Source of the DNA: a virus
DNA length: 64,000 nt
Virus record (IMG/VR): IMGVR_UViG_3300035670_000075
Span: 41,388 to 105,387 of that record
Reading direction: 5' to 3' (one strand)
Shown here one piece after another: positions 40,350 through 48,668 of the stretch; position 1 is the first letter of the stretch, and each line of letters begins with the position of its first letter. A program made the translations under genes and the position numbers. The notes beneath the pieces are model-generated. The model made no database searches. It worked only from the letters and a program-made list of their open reading frames with translations, and had not been told where the DNA came from.

Positions 40350-40354
40350 TACCA

Positions 40355-40915
40355 TCACTGCAACGTCACATCATCAGCACCAAGTCTATCTTGGATGCCT
40401 ATTAACAAAGCCAATTCATCCTGGCTCAACTGCTTCACAAGCTCGCGTTCGTCTTTGACTTTCAACTCACCACTAACTTCAGACCTGCTATCTACGCTAA
40501 GCCTGTCGAAGCGCCCAAACTCATCGCGGTAACGTCGCTCCAACAGCCATGCAATCGGTTGCCACGGTGGAGGCGCGGCTTTCTGAATGACCTCGCGGCT
40601 GAGTAGGTTGCCGTCTGCGTCGTAGCGGCGCTTTTCTTCTATAATCACTTGCTTCTGCGTTGAAGCGTCTAGCATCTTTCTAAGCAGGCTTTTCTTGTAC
40701 TCAAGCTTTGCTTTTTTTATAGTCTCTGAAAACTCCGAAAACACAGGAGACTTTCTTTCATCTCCGCTTTTCATCCAATCATAAAAAGCAGCTTCACTAA
40801 CGCCAGCAGCAGTGCAAGCATCTGCATTTGAAAGCCCTGCCTTAAAAGCCTCCACCAGTATCGCTATAATGTCAGGCGTGAATACCCTCTTCCGCCCGGT
40901 CTTACTCTTCGCCAC
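40355..40915 (-). CDS. Terminase small subunit-like protein
   Basis: GRK..FTP, HTH (AC.AAGVS..AFYDW), WQ..AWLLERRY..EFG. Confidence 0.75.
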   Translation of the reverse strand: MAKSKTGRKRVFTPDIIAILVEAFKAGLSNADACTAAGVSEAAFYDWMKSGDERKSPVFSEFSETIKKAKLEYKKSLLRKMLDASTQKQVIIEEKRRYDADGNLLSREVIQKAAPPPWQPIAWLLERRYRDEFGRFDRLSVDSRSEVSGELKVKDERELVKQLSQDELALLIGIQDRLGADDVTLQ

Positions 40916-41579
40916 TTTGTCTCACCACCTTCTTTCTCTTCTGCACATCGGGGTAGCGCAGAATAATTCCATCTAATTCAGTTTCAAATGCCAGCAAGTC
41001 ATCCATTGGTACACTGACTGTTATCTTAGCAACTTGCTCCATATTGTCGCCGCCACCATCGCCACCGAAGTCATTGCCATCACCGCCGAAGCCATCACCA
41101 AATCCGCTGTTTTGCAAACTCGCAAACAACGCGCCAGTGTCAACTTCAAGTGCCTTCAGTGCATCGGAAAAGCCAGCCTCCAACGCACTCAAGTCCCACT
41201 CGCCACTCACACCTGGTAGTGGGTTGTCGAGCAGTAAGATTTGCTCCTCTTGCGCCGGGGTCAGCCCGCTGCACACAACGGCTGGAGCGTGAGTAACACC
41301 CATGTACAGCACAGCATCGACACGCAAATGCCCGGCGCACGACATCAACTTGCCAGTCCTATCTGACAATATCGGCAATCGATTCATAAACAACTCAGGA
41401 GACTGTTTAATCCCCTCTGCGAGATTATGAATCTCTACCTTGCCGTACTTGCGCGGATTGGCGCTGCCATTGACAGATGTATAGGGGACTATCTCTCTGT
41501 AATCAACCGTCAGCAACTCGCACTTGGCGGAAGCGGTTATTACGTCCAAAAGCTGTTTTTCTGTTTTTTGCTGCGACAT
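40902..41579 (-). CDS. ParB/Srx-like protein
   Basis: NPRK, AGHLRV.A, DN....GEWD...L; sits upstream of terS. Confidence 0.7.
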   Translation of the reverse strand: MSQQKTEKQLLDVITASAKCELLTVDYREIVPYTSVNGSANPRKYGKVEIHNLAEGIKQSPELFMNRLPILSDRTGKLMSCAGHLRVDAVLYMGVTHAPAVVCSGLTPAQEEQILLLDNPLPGVSGEWDLSALEAGFSDALKALEVDTGALFASLQNSGFGDGFGGDGNDFGGDGGGDNMEQVAKITVSVPMDDLLAFETELDGIILRYPDVQKRKKVVRQSGEE

Positions 41580-41667
41580 CTTGCGTTAACGCCGTTGTTT
41601 GTTTACAATATGTTTACATAATCTAATATAGATAGATTATACACAGAATTCACACAGGATAACAAAG

Positions 41668-43173
41668 ATGGGCGGCAGCATAATCACCAAAACCATGTTC
41701 ATGTCAGGCGTGCAATGCACGCTAAAACTATGGCACGAACAGCATGCCGACAGCAGAGAACCGCCGTCAGAAAGCACGCTGCGCGCAATGGCAGAAGGCA
41801 ATGAAGTCGGCGCACTGGCGCGTGCGCAATATCCTGGCGGCGTATTTATCGCCGAAACAAACTACGAAGCCGCTGCCGCTGCGACGCGCGAGGCATACGA
41901 AAACGGCGCGTCGGTAATCTACGAAGCGGCATTTTTGGTAGATGATATGTACGCCAAAGTCGATATTTTGCATATCGACGAGGAAGGCAACGCAACCATC
42001 ATTGAAGTAAAAGCCACTACGTCGGTAAAACCTGAGCATCTTCCAGACGTAGGCTTCCAATGGCACGTTGTCGTAGCGTCTGGTATCAACGTGACTAACG
42101 TATACCTGATGATTCTCGACGACACCAAGCTGTGTCCGTCTGATAACTACTTCAAACTGGAAGATGTCGCAGAGAAAGCGCAAATCTGGAAAGACGCTGC
42201 ACAGTCAAAATCGGTTGCGCTGATGAAAACAGCCAATCAAGCAACACAGCCAACACAACAAATAGGATCACACTGCAACACGCCGTATGACTGCCAATTC
42301 ACCGATAAATGTTGGGCGCATGTACCTGATGAGAATAGCATATTTACAATCCCATTCCTGCGTGGGAGAAAAAAACAAGACCTGATCGACGCAGGAATAT
42401 TCCATATCAACCACTTGCCAACTGAATTTGAGGCAACTGCGGCGCAACAGGTGTGGATTGATGTGGCAACCAGTGGCAAGCCAATCGTCAACATTGCCGG
42501 AATCAAAGACGAGCTATCGCAACTGGAATACCCGCTGGCTCACTTCGATTTTGAGACAATGGCATACGCCATCCCAAGATTTGCCGGGATGAAGCCGTAT
42601 CAGCAGTTCCCATTCCAATTTTCACTGCATGTGCAGAGAAAAAATGGGAAAATAACCCATCAAGAATATTTACATGTCACTCGCGACGACCCGCGAAAAC
42701 ACATTGCAGAAGCCATGCTTGCTTCTATTCCAGACGGCGGACATATCATCACCTGGAACAAACATTTCGAGTCTGGACGCATCATGGAAATGGCAGCGTG
42801 GCTGGAGTCAACCGGAGAAATCTCAAAAGCCAACCAGATGCGCAAGTTCAACGACCGCCTGTGGGACTTGGCTGAGATATTCCGCATCAAAGGCACTGGC
42901 GAAGTGCTGTGGCTGCACCCCGACATGCAGGGGCGCTACAGTATCAAATATGTTCTTCCAGTGATTGCGCCGCACTTGAGCTACAAGGGCATGAAAGTCG
43001 CCAAGGGCGATGAAGCAATGAACGCCTGGGCAAAGCTGATCATGCTTCCAGACGGCAGCGCCGAGAAGCAGGAATTGACATCGGCATTGCTTGCATACTG
43101 CAAGCAGGACACATACGCGATGGTGGTTATTTTGGATTATCTGTGGAGTCTTGTATGGAAAAGCGGTTTGTAG
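41668..43173 (+). CDS. DUF2779 protein (RecB/Cas4-like nuclease + RNase H-like domain)
   Basis: K..F..G.QC...LW, VDIL...IEVKA, C..PY.C.F...CW, DFET, FQFSLH, SIKYVLP, YC..DT. Confidence 0.88.
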   Translation: MGGSIITKTMFMSGVQCTLKLWHEQHADSREPPSESTLRAMAEGNEVGALARAQYPGGVFIAETNYEAAAAATREAYENGASVIYEAAFLVDDMYAKVDILHIDEEGNATIIEVKATTSVKPEHLPDVGFQWHVVVASGINVTNVYLMILDDTKLCPSDNYFKLEDVAEKAQIWKDAAQSKSVALMKTANQATQPTQQIGSHCNTPYDCQFTDKCWAHVPDENSIFTIPFLRGRKKQDLIDAGIFHINHLPTEFEATAAQQVWIDVATSGKPIVNIAGIKDELSQLEYPLAHFDFETMAYAIPRFAGMKPYQQFPFQFSLHVQRKNGKITHQEYLHVTRDDPRKHIAEAMLASIPDGGHIITWNKHFESGRIMEMAAWLESTGEISKANQMRKFNDRLWDLAEIFRIKGTGEVLWLHPDMQGRYSIKYVLPVIAPHLSYKGMKVAKGDEAMNAWAKLIMLPDGSAEKQELTSALLAYCKQDTYAMVVILDYLWSLVWKSGL

Positions 43174-43397
43174 TAACTAAAGGCAACGGGACATTCAAAG
43201 CTGGCGATAGAATAGTCTTTTACAAAAATGGGGACATAGGTTGCGCACAGGCTGGTGGATGGGTTGATAATAAGGACGCAGAAGAAGCTACAAAAGGTAT
43301 GGAATACAGACCTGATGTTGAGTTTGCGAAAAAGAAGATTAAACGCCTATCGGAAGAGATTGCAGAGTTGCGCAGAGAATATGGTGTTACTGAATAA
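43143..43397 (+). CDS. Phage hypothetical protein
   Basis: Overlaps the end of the DUF2779 gene. Confidence 0.55.
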   Translation: MESCMEKRFVVTKGNGTFKAGDRIVFYKNGDIGCAQAGGWVDNKDAEEATKGMEYRPDVEFAKKKIKRLSEEIAELRREYGVTE

Positions 43398-43611
43398 TGT
43401 TATTTTCCTTTGGAGTGAAAAACATGCTTACGACTGTTAGGGCTAGAGTTTGCAGAGTTGGTGAATGGGCAGTGTTCCGCACAAAACAGCATGGATTGGT
43501 CATGCAAATGGGCGACGGTTATATGAAAGCGCCTCTGCAAAAAAAGAATATGTTTAAGTTAAATATCAGCGGTAATACGCCATGCCTGGTAAGGTCGCGA
43601 TGCGATATTAA

Positions 43612-43708
43612 AACTAACGCCAAAGCTCAGGCGACAACCGCCGTCTGTGAACCATAAACAACCAAAAAGCCTAACGGCAGCGGGTCGCGCTCAAGTGTGA
43701 AGTTAGGC
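43612..43708 (-). mobile_element. attC site (more degenerate, array-distal)
   Basis: Plus: AACTAAC-GCCAAA-GCTCAGG-CGAC...GTCG...GTGAA-GTTAGGC. Confidence 0.7.
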
Positions 43709-43722
43709 TGTGGAGATAAGCC

Positions 43723-44010
43723 ATGACTGAGATTGTAAAAGGAATGAAAATTACGCCTTGGGGTACTAAAGATAACCCTCTTATGCAGGGAATGTTTGTT
43801 GGTTGCGTACAATGGGCGATTGGTGATAAAGATATAGTTGAATCGTTCAAGAAAGATACAGGTAATGACCTGAACTCGTTAAGATTTTCAGGTATTGATG
43901 GAATGATTGATGAAGCTACAGGAAGGGCTGGAGAGATGTTTGCAGCCTTTGCGGATTATGTGGCTGAAAATATCTGGGGTGATGAAAACTCGGATATTGA
44001 TGCAGCCTAA
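43723..44010 (+). CDS. Cassette-borne hypothetical protein
   Basis: GTTAGGCTG / CAGCCTAAC ends; RBS GGAG; stop in TAAC. Confidence 0.75.
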   Translation: MTEIVKGMKITPWGTKDNPLMQGMFVGCVQWAIGDKDIVESFKKDTGNDLNSLRFSGIDGMIDEATGRAGEMFAAFADYVAENIWGDENSDIDAA

Positions 44011-44103
44011 CGCCAGAATTAACCCGACATGCGCCGCCAATTAACTAAAACCAAGTCATAAAAGCCCGACGGCGCATGGTCGGACTTGATGGCAAAGTTA
44101 TAC
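44005..44103 (-). mobile_element. attC site
   Basis: Plus: GCCTAAC...CCGACATGCGCCG...CGGCGCATGGTCGG...GCAAA-GTTATAC. Confidence 0.85.
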
Positions 44104-44112
44104 GGAGACTAT

Positions 44113-44418
44113 ATGAGCAAGCAACAATGGGGACATGGATACCACCGTGGTTTTAATAAAGGATACGCAAAGGCGAAGCGCGAAGAGGAAACAAAGCGCG
44201 CTTTCAAAGAAAATAAACATGCTCATTGGGTTGAGATTACTCATTACGGAAGCGAAGGCGTTGAGCCAAAAGACCGCATGTTATGCGGTGATGTTGGTGG
44301 TAGCTGTATAAGCGGAAGCGGTGAAAGCATATGTGCTGGCTATCGCGGTGAAAATGAAACAGGTACACATGTGATATGCGCTGAAAAACCAAGAGCGTAT
44401 AAGCATGATTCCGTATAA
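44113..44418 (+). CDS. Cassette-borne hypothetical protein
   Basis: GTTATACGGA / TCCGTATAAC ends; stop in TAAC. Confidence 0.75.
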   Translation: MSKQQWGHGYHRGFNKGYAKAKREEETKRAFKENKHAHWVEITHYGSEGVEPKDRMLCGDVGGSCISGSGESICAGYRGENETGTHVICAEKPRAYKHDSV

Positions 44419-44511
44419 CGCCAGAACTCAGGCGACCATTGCCGCCTGCAAACTTAAACTTTAGCCAGTTCACTCCGGCGGCAATGGGTCGCCTGGAGTG
44501 ACAAGTTATAT
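44413..44511 (-). mobile_element. attC site
   Basis: Arms nearly identical to the 39937-40034 site. Confidence 0.88.
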
Positions 44512-44524
44512 TGAGGTAACAAAT

Positions 44525-44794
44525 ATGATTAAAAATCTCAGAAATGATTTTATTGAACTGATGTCAGAGTCATATGTAAAAATGCCAAGGCACGACAGAA
44601 TATGTCTGCTCCATGCAATGGACGCACCTGACAATAACCCAGCGACAGGGCTGCCATTTCAAACAGTAGGCGAACTGTTTGGTTCAATGAGTGACGAATC
44701 TTTGGCAACAGTCTATCGCGATATGCGTGATAACGAATTATTAGCAAGTCGGGACAGCTACAGAAAATATGAAGAAGCCATTAAAAATTTGTGA
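44525..44794 (+). CDS. Cassette-borne hypothetical protein
   Basis: GTTATATT / AATATAAC ends; RBS GAGG. Confidence 0.75.
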   Translation: MIKNLRNDFIELMSESYVKMPRHDRICLLHAMDAPDNNPATGLPFQTVGELFGSMSDESLATVYRDMRDNELLASRDSYRKYEEAIKNL

Positions 44795-44898
44795 ATATAA
44801 CGCCAAAGCTCACGCGACCAATACCGCCCGCGATGAGCTTTAATCCGGCACTAAATTTTGTGGGCGGTATTGGGTCGCCGTGGAGCGTAAAGTTAGGT
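44795..44898 (-). mobile_element. attC site
   Basis: Plus: ATATAAC...CGACCAATACCGCCC...GGGCGGTATTGGGTCG...GTAAA-GTTAGGT. Confidence 0.88.
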
Positions 44899-44903
44899 GC
44901 TTA

Positions 44904-45059
44904 ATGAATAAGAATATGAGAGCGGTAGCAAGGAAATCATGCTGGATGGCTAATGGTTTTTTCGGTTCAAACCGCAAAGAAGCCGTTCAAAAAGCAATAG
45001 AAAACGGAGTTAAACCCGAAAACATAAAAGCTAAAAAAGTATATCCATCTGGCAAATGA
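44904..45059 (+). CDS. Cassette-borne 51-aa basic protein (below ORF-track cutoff)
   Basis: MNKNMRAVARKSCWMANGFFG...YPSGK*; GTTAGGTG / CACCTAAC ends. Confidence 0.6.
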   Translation: MNKNMRAVARKSCWMANGFFGSNRKEAVQKAIENGVKPENIKAKKVYPSGK

Positions 45060-45066
45060 ATTTTAC

Positions 45067-45164
45067 ACCTAACGCCTGAGCTAAGCCGCGCTGCGCCGCG
45101 ATGAACTTTATATTAACCTGCTCAAGCCCGACGGCGCAGCGTCGGCTTGAGCGCAAAGTTAGAG
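45067..45164 (-). mobile_element. attC site (textbook layout)
   Basis: Minus: CTCTAAC-TTTGC-GCTCAAGC-CGACGCTGCGCCG...CGGCGCAGCGCG-GCTTAGC-TCAGGC-GTTAGGT. Confidence 0.92.
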
Positions 45165-45241
45165 GTTGACATGGATAGAATCAAGGTAACAAAAGATTGC
45201 ATTAAAGTATATGAGCAGCAAAAAGGTTCAAAAGAATCTTC

Positions 45242-45811
45242 TTACTTATCAAGAAGAAGACTTCTAATTTCTTTGAAATCGTCATCATCAAGAAAGAAAA
45301 ACTGACATGATTTTGATTTCTTTTTATTTGACATAATCGTTAATCCTTTATATATGCTTAACGATTGTGTCTTTTTGGCATCTGCACTTGATAATATGCT
45401 AACTTTATTAAATCCGTTTTTTTCAAAAAAATGTTCTTTACCAATTGAAGATATGAAACATATAGGAGAGAATCTTTCTTTCACTGTGCTAAGCACAAGA
45501 CTACCAATACCTTCCATTCTGTATTTTTCTTCAACATATATGCGATGTAGATAGAATTTATCTCCAGGAAAATGAATAACCATAGCATAAGATATTGGGT
45601 TTCCTTCATAAAGGTAAGCTATGATTTTCAAATTACCAACACGAAATAACTCTTTAAATATATTTGATATATAATTTAAAGCATTATCATAATTTATGTT
45701 TTTATCAATTGATAGCCCAATAATCATTGGAGTTATAAGAGCATCCTGAAGCATTATCTCCGATTCTATTTTTATTATCTGGTTTATATCTGATTGACTA
45801 AGCTCACTCAT
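45242..45811 (-). CDS. GNAT-family acetyltransferase (AT-rich cassette)
   Basis: YLHRIYVEEKYRMEGIGSLVL, FFEKNGF; begins GTTAGAGGTAAATATG. Confidence 0.85.
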   Translation of the reverse strand: MSELSQSDINQIIKIESEIMLQDALITPMIIGLSIDKNINYDNALNYISNIFKELFRVGNLKIIAYLYEGNPISYAMVIHFPGDKFYLHRIYVEEKYRMEGIGSLVLSTVKERFSPICFISSIGKEHFFEKNGFNKVSILSSADAKKTQSLSIYKGLTIMSNKKKSKSCQFFFLDDDDFKEIRSLLLDK

Positions 45812-45815
45812 ATTT

Positions 45816-45868
45816 ACCTCTAACTTGTAACTAGGCAGAATGTTAAATAACTGTTATTCAACATTCTG
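45816..45868 (-). mobile_element. attI-like site with 16-bp-arm palindrome
   Basis: Minus: ...CATTCTGCCTAGTTACAAG|TTAGAGGT; palindrome 45836-45868. Confidence 0.65.
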
Positions 45869-45880
45869 TATAATACAACC

Positions 45881-46207
45881 ATGTCACAATCATTCCTATC
45901 AGCCAACGCCAGGGCGCAGCGCAGGCACAAAGCCAAACGCGCTGCGCTAGGCTTCTCTCAGCTTAATTTCTGGATTCACGAAAAAGACCGTGACATTCTG
46001 GCTTCGGCACTGAAAAAATACAACGCTGACAAGCTTGAAACGCTGGAGCGGCGCATGAGCTTAATCATTCGTGTCGCCAACGACGAAACTGAAATAACAC
46101 TGCACGAAGCATCAGAAATACAACAAAAGATGTTTCCAGAAAATAAACCGCTACCAATAAAAAAAACATGGTGGCAGAAAACCAAAGCATGGCTTGGCGT
46201 TAACTAA
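45881..46207 (+). CDS. Small RHH-like protein with amphipathic C-terminus
   Basis: RAQRRHKAKRAALGFSQLNFWIH; KKTWWQKTKAWLG. Confidence 0.6.
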   Translation: MSQSFLSANARAQRRHKAKRAALGFSQLNFWIHEKDRDILASALKKYNADKLETLERRMSLIIRVANDETEITLHEASEIQQKMFPENKPLPIKKTWWQKTKAWLGVN

Positions 46208-46258
46208 CAATTTTAACGCGCAAGTCATTGATTAAGATAGTATATTACTAGACATAGC

Positions 46259-46286
46259 ACGCAAAATAATTTACATTATTTTATAT
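46259..46286 (+). other. dif-like 11-6-11 recombination site
   Basis: ACGCAAAATAA-TTTACA-TTATTTTATAT; right arm has 2 mismatches to the XerD arm TTATGTTAAAT; IHF consensus at 46221-46233 (minus). Confidence 0.55.
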
Positions 46287-46310
46287 GTATTATTTTTATA
46301 GTTGACACAG

Positions 46311-47387
46311 ATGGAAACTGAAGATTTAGAAGAAAATCATGAATCGGATACGCGCGAAAGACTTCTCAAGAAATACGCCGCAAAATCCATACGGAAAAAG
46401 ACGCGGCAAGACTACGAATCAAGACTTAGGCTTTATCAAGCGTCAGGTAGAAAACTTCCAGCAACTGACGTTGAAATCGTAGAATACATCGAATCGGCAA
46501 AAGTCATGTCGCGTAAGAAAAACGGCGAATACATTACCAAAGACAGCTTGCTTGCTGTGTCATCAGTCCAATCAATAGTTGCTGCTTTGTCGTGGTGGCA
46601 TCAAGAAAATAACCACCAAGACCACACAAATAGCGCGCTGGTTAAAAAAGCCATTGCAGCAATCAAGCGCGAACGCGCAAAACCGCAAGCGCAAGCGCGA
46701 GCAATAAAAACTGAAGAAATTGCAGCAATCACTGAAACGCTACTCGAACTACAAACAACCCAAAATGCCGCAGACAATCTCCGCGCAATCCGCGATCTGG
46801 CTTTTATCCTCGCGCTGTTTTACACCGGGTGCAGAGAAAGCGAAATCCGTCACCTCAGAGTTGATGATCTGGAGTTTACAGATGACGGTCTAATCGTAAA
46901 AATCAGAAAGTCAAAAACAGACGACGGAACTGGAAGAAACACGCCAATCCCATACCGCGATGCTAACGGACAAAAAATACTCGCGGCATACGCGATCTCT
47001 GATTGGATTGAAAAGGCTGGAATAAAGTCTGGCTTCGTATTCAGAACAGTAGACCAATACGCTGTCGTCGGTCGTGGGAAAAAGCCGCTAGACTATGGGT
47101 TTTCTTCACGGACACTACTCAAATACGCAGAGATGTCAGGCGTATCAATAGACGGAATCAGCACACACTCATTCAGAGCCGGGTGCGCAACAGCACTAAA
47201 TTTAAGCGGCGCAGGTATTGCCGAGATAGCGCAGCACTTAGGTCATCGCTCAACGGCGTCAACGATGAAATACTTACGCGCCGACGCATCAACCAGACTT
47301 AAAGACGCACCAACACGGAAAATTGCGCAGCCAAAGAAAACTTTTACGCAGATAGTTTTCACGTTTATTGCACGTTTATTTTCGTGA
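46311..47387 (+). CDS. Cre/TnpS-like tyrosine recombinase
   Basis: RD.A......TGCRESE, KSKTD, HSFRAG.AT, GH.S...MKY; no IntI-specific insertion. Confidence 0.9.
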   Translation: METEDLEENHESDTRERLLKKYAAKSIRKKTRQDYESRLRLYQASGRKLPATDVEIVEYIESAKVMSRKKNGEYITKDSLLAVSSVQSIVAALSWWHQENNHQDHTNSALVKKAIAAIKRERAKPQAQARAIKTEEIAAITETLLELQTTQNAADNLRAIRDLAFILALFYTGCRESEIRHLRVDDLEFTDDGLIVKIRKSKTDDGTGRNTPIPYRDANGQKILAAYAISDWIEKAGIKSGFVFRTVDQYAVVGRGKKPLDYGFSSRTLLKYAEMSGVSIDGISTHSFRAGCATALNLSGAGIAEIAQHLGHRSTASTMKYLRADASTRLKDAPTRKIAQPKKTFTQIVFTFIARLFS

Positions 47388-47434
47388 TGTTGTTTTGCAA
47401 TTAAAAAACAATAACTTATGAAATAAAGCCAAGT

Positions 47435-47458
47435 GTTCGATTCCCGCCGCCTCCACCA
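47435..47458 (+). other. attP core = 3' end of tmRNA (ssrA)
   Basis: GTTCGATTCCCGCCGCCTCCACCA (T-loop plus tmRNA-type 3' acceptor strand, CTCCACCA) just downstream of the integrase; remainder of the RNA gene absent. Confidence 0.85.
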
Positions 47459-47531
47459 ATAACCCTGCGCTATCCGGCGTTATGACGGCAATTTAACACC
47501 TCATAACGCCGCATATCCCCTCGTAAACATT

Positions 47532-48668
47532 TCACGATTTTTGCACGTCGAGTGATTCCAGCATGGCTTTGAATTTGTCTCCGGCGTTGGGTGCTGCGGT
47601 TGGCATCCAGCGCGCGTAGAATTTGCGGATCATTGCCCAGTCAGAGTGTCCCATCACGCTTGCGATCCATGCCGGGTTTTCGCCAGCGGTGAGCATCATG
47701 CAGGCGAATGTGTGGCGGGTTTGATAGGGGTAGCGGTAGCGTACTCCGGCGCGCTTCAGAGTTGGACGCCAGACGAATTCCCGTATAGTTTTGTCGTTGC
47801 TGTACGGTTTGTTGGTTTTGGGGTCGAAGAAGATTTGTGCGGCGTGGTGGTAGGTGTGTGATTTTTGTGCAATCACGGCTTCTAACGCGGGGTCGAACAA
47901 GGGGACTTCGCGGCGGCCTGATTTGGTTTTTGGTTCTTTGGTGATTTTGCGTGATTGACTGAGGCGGATGAATACGCGGCGGTTGGGTTCGTCAAAGTCT
48001 TCCCACCGTAGCGCTAGGAGTTCGCCTGTGCGTAGTCCGGTGAAGAAGGCGAAGCGGATGAGGTTGCGGTGTTGTTCGTACTCGCAGGCGGCGAGGATTT
48101 GTTGAATCTCTTGCGGGGTGAATGGATCGGGTTCTTGCGTGGTGGTTTTGAGGTTTTTGATTTTGTCGGCTGGATTGCGTTCAATGGTGCCGTCAATGTA
48201 GGCGTCTTCGAGCATTCCGCGCAGCGGGATCATGATGTTGTTGATGCGCTTGTTGCTGATGACCAGTCCGGCGATCCAGTCTTTGATGTGGGCTGTTTTG
48301 AGGTCTTTGAGCTTGATATGACCGAACTGAGTTTTCAGGTGGTGATCAATCGCGCTTTGGTAATCGCGGATCGTGGTGTGTGATTTGCCGTGGCTGTTGT
48401 TTCGCAGCCAGGCGTCCAGCGCCTCGGCAATGGTTATTGCGGTAGGCGCGTAGTCGTCGAATAGGGTTGCGCGTTTTGAGTTGGGGAAATGTTTGCGGTA
48501 GCTGAATGTGCCTACTGCTATTTCATGCTCGATGGCAGCGGCAAGACGCTCGCCGTGTTTTCTATTGGTCAGCGTGTCTTTCAGGCGCAGGCTCTCGCGG
48601 CATTGCACGCCGTTGAGGACGAACCCGATCCACAGCCTGTCGCCGTCTCTTGTGTAGATTTTCGCCAT
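47532..48668 (-). CDS. Phage integrase with N-terminal arm-binding domain
   Basis: F...G..CRESL, F.Y..HFPNS, TGLR.GE, KT..G.R, YQTRHTFA, MGH, FY..W. Confidence 0.95.
   Translation of the reverse strand: MAKIYTRDGDRLWIGFVLNGVQCRESLRLKDTLTNRKHGERLAAAIEHEIAVGTFSYRKHFPNSKRATLFDDYAPTAITIAEALDAWLRNNSHGKSHTTIRDYQSAIDHHLKTQFGHIKLKDLKTAHIKDWIAGLVISNKRINNIMIPLRGMLEDAYIDGTIERNPADKIKNLKTTTQEPDPFTPQEIQQILAACEYEQHRNLIRFAFFTGLRTGELLALRWEDFDEPNRRVFIRLSQSRKITKEPKTKSGRREVPLFDPALEAVIAQKSHTYHHAAQIFFDPKTNKPYSNDKTIREFVWRPTLKRAGVRYRYPYQTRHTFACMMLTAGENPAWIASVMGHSDWAMIRKFYARWMPTAAPNAGDKFKAMLESLDVQKS

Noticed and set aside
41668-43173. Cas4 as part of a CRISPR-Cas system
   Set aside because: DUF2779 architecture, with no cas1/cas2 or array in the window
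43612-45164. CRISPR array interpretation of the spaced repeats
   Set aside because: Repeats are ~100 bp and non-identical, and the spacers are whole genes; this fits attC
46311-47387. Calling this gene intI
   Set aside because: Lacks the IntI-specific insertion; KSKTD and HSFRAG motifs are Cre/TnpS-like
47435-47458. Complete tRNA or tmRNA gene
   Set aside because: Only the 3' 24 nt are present
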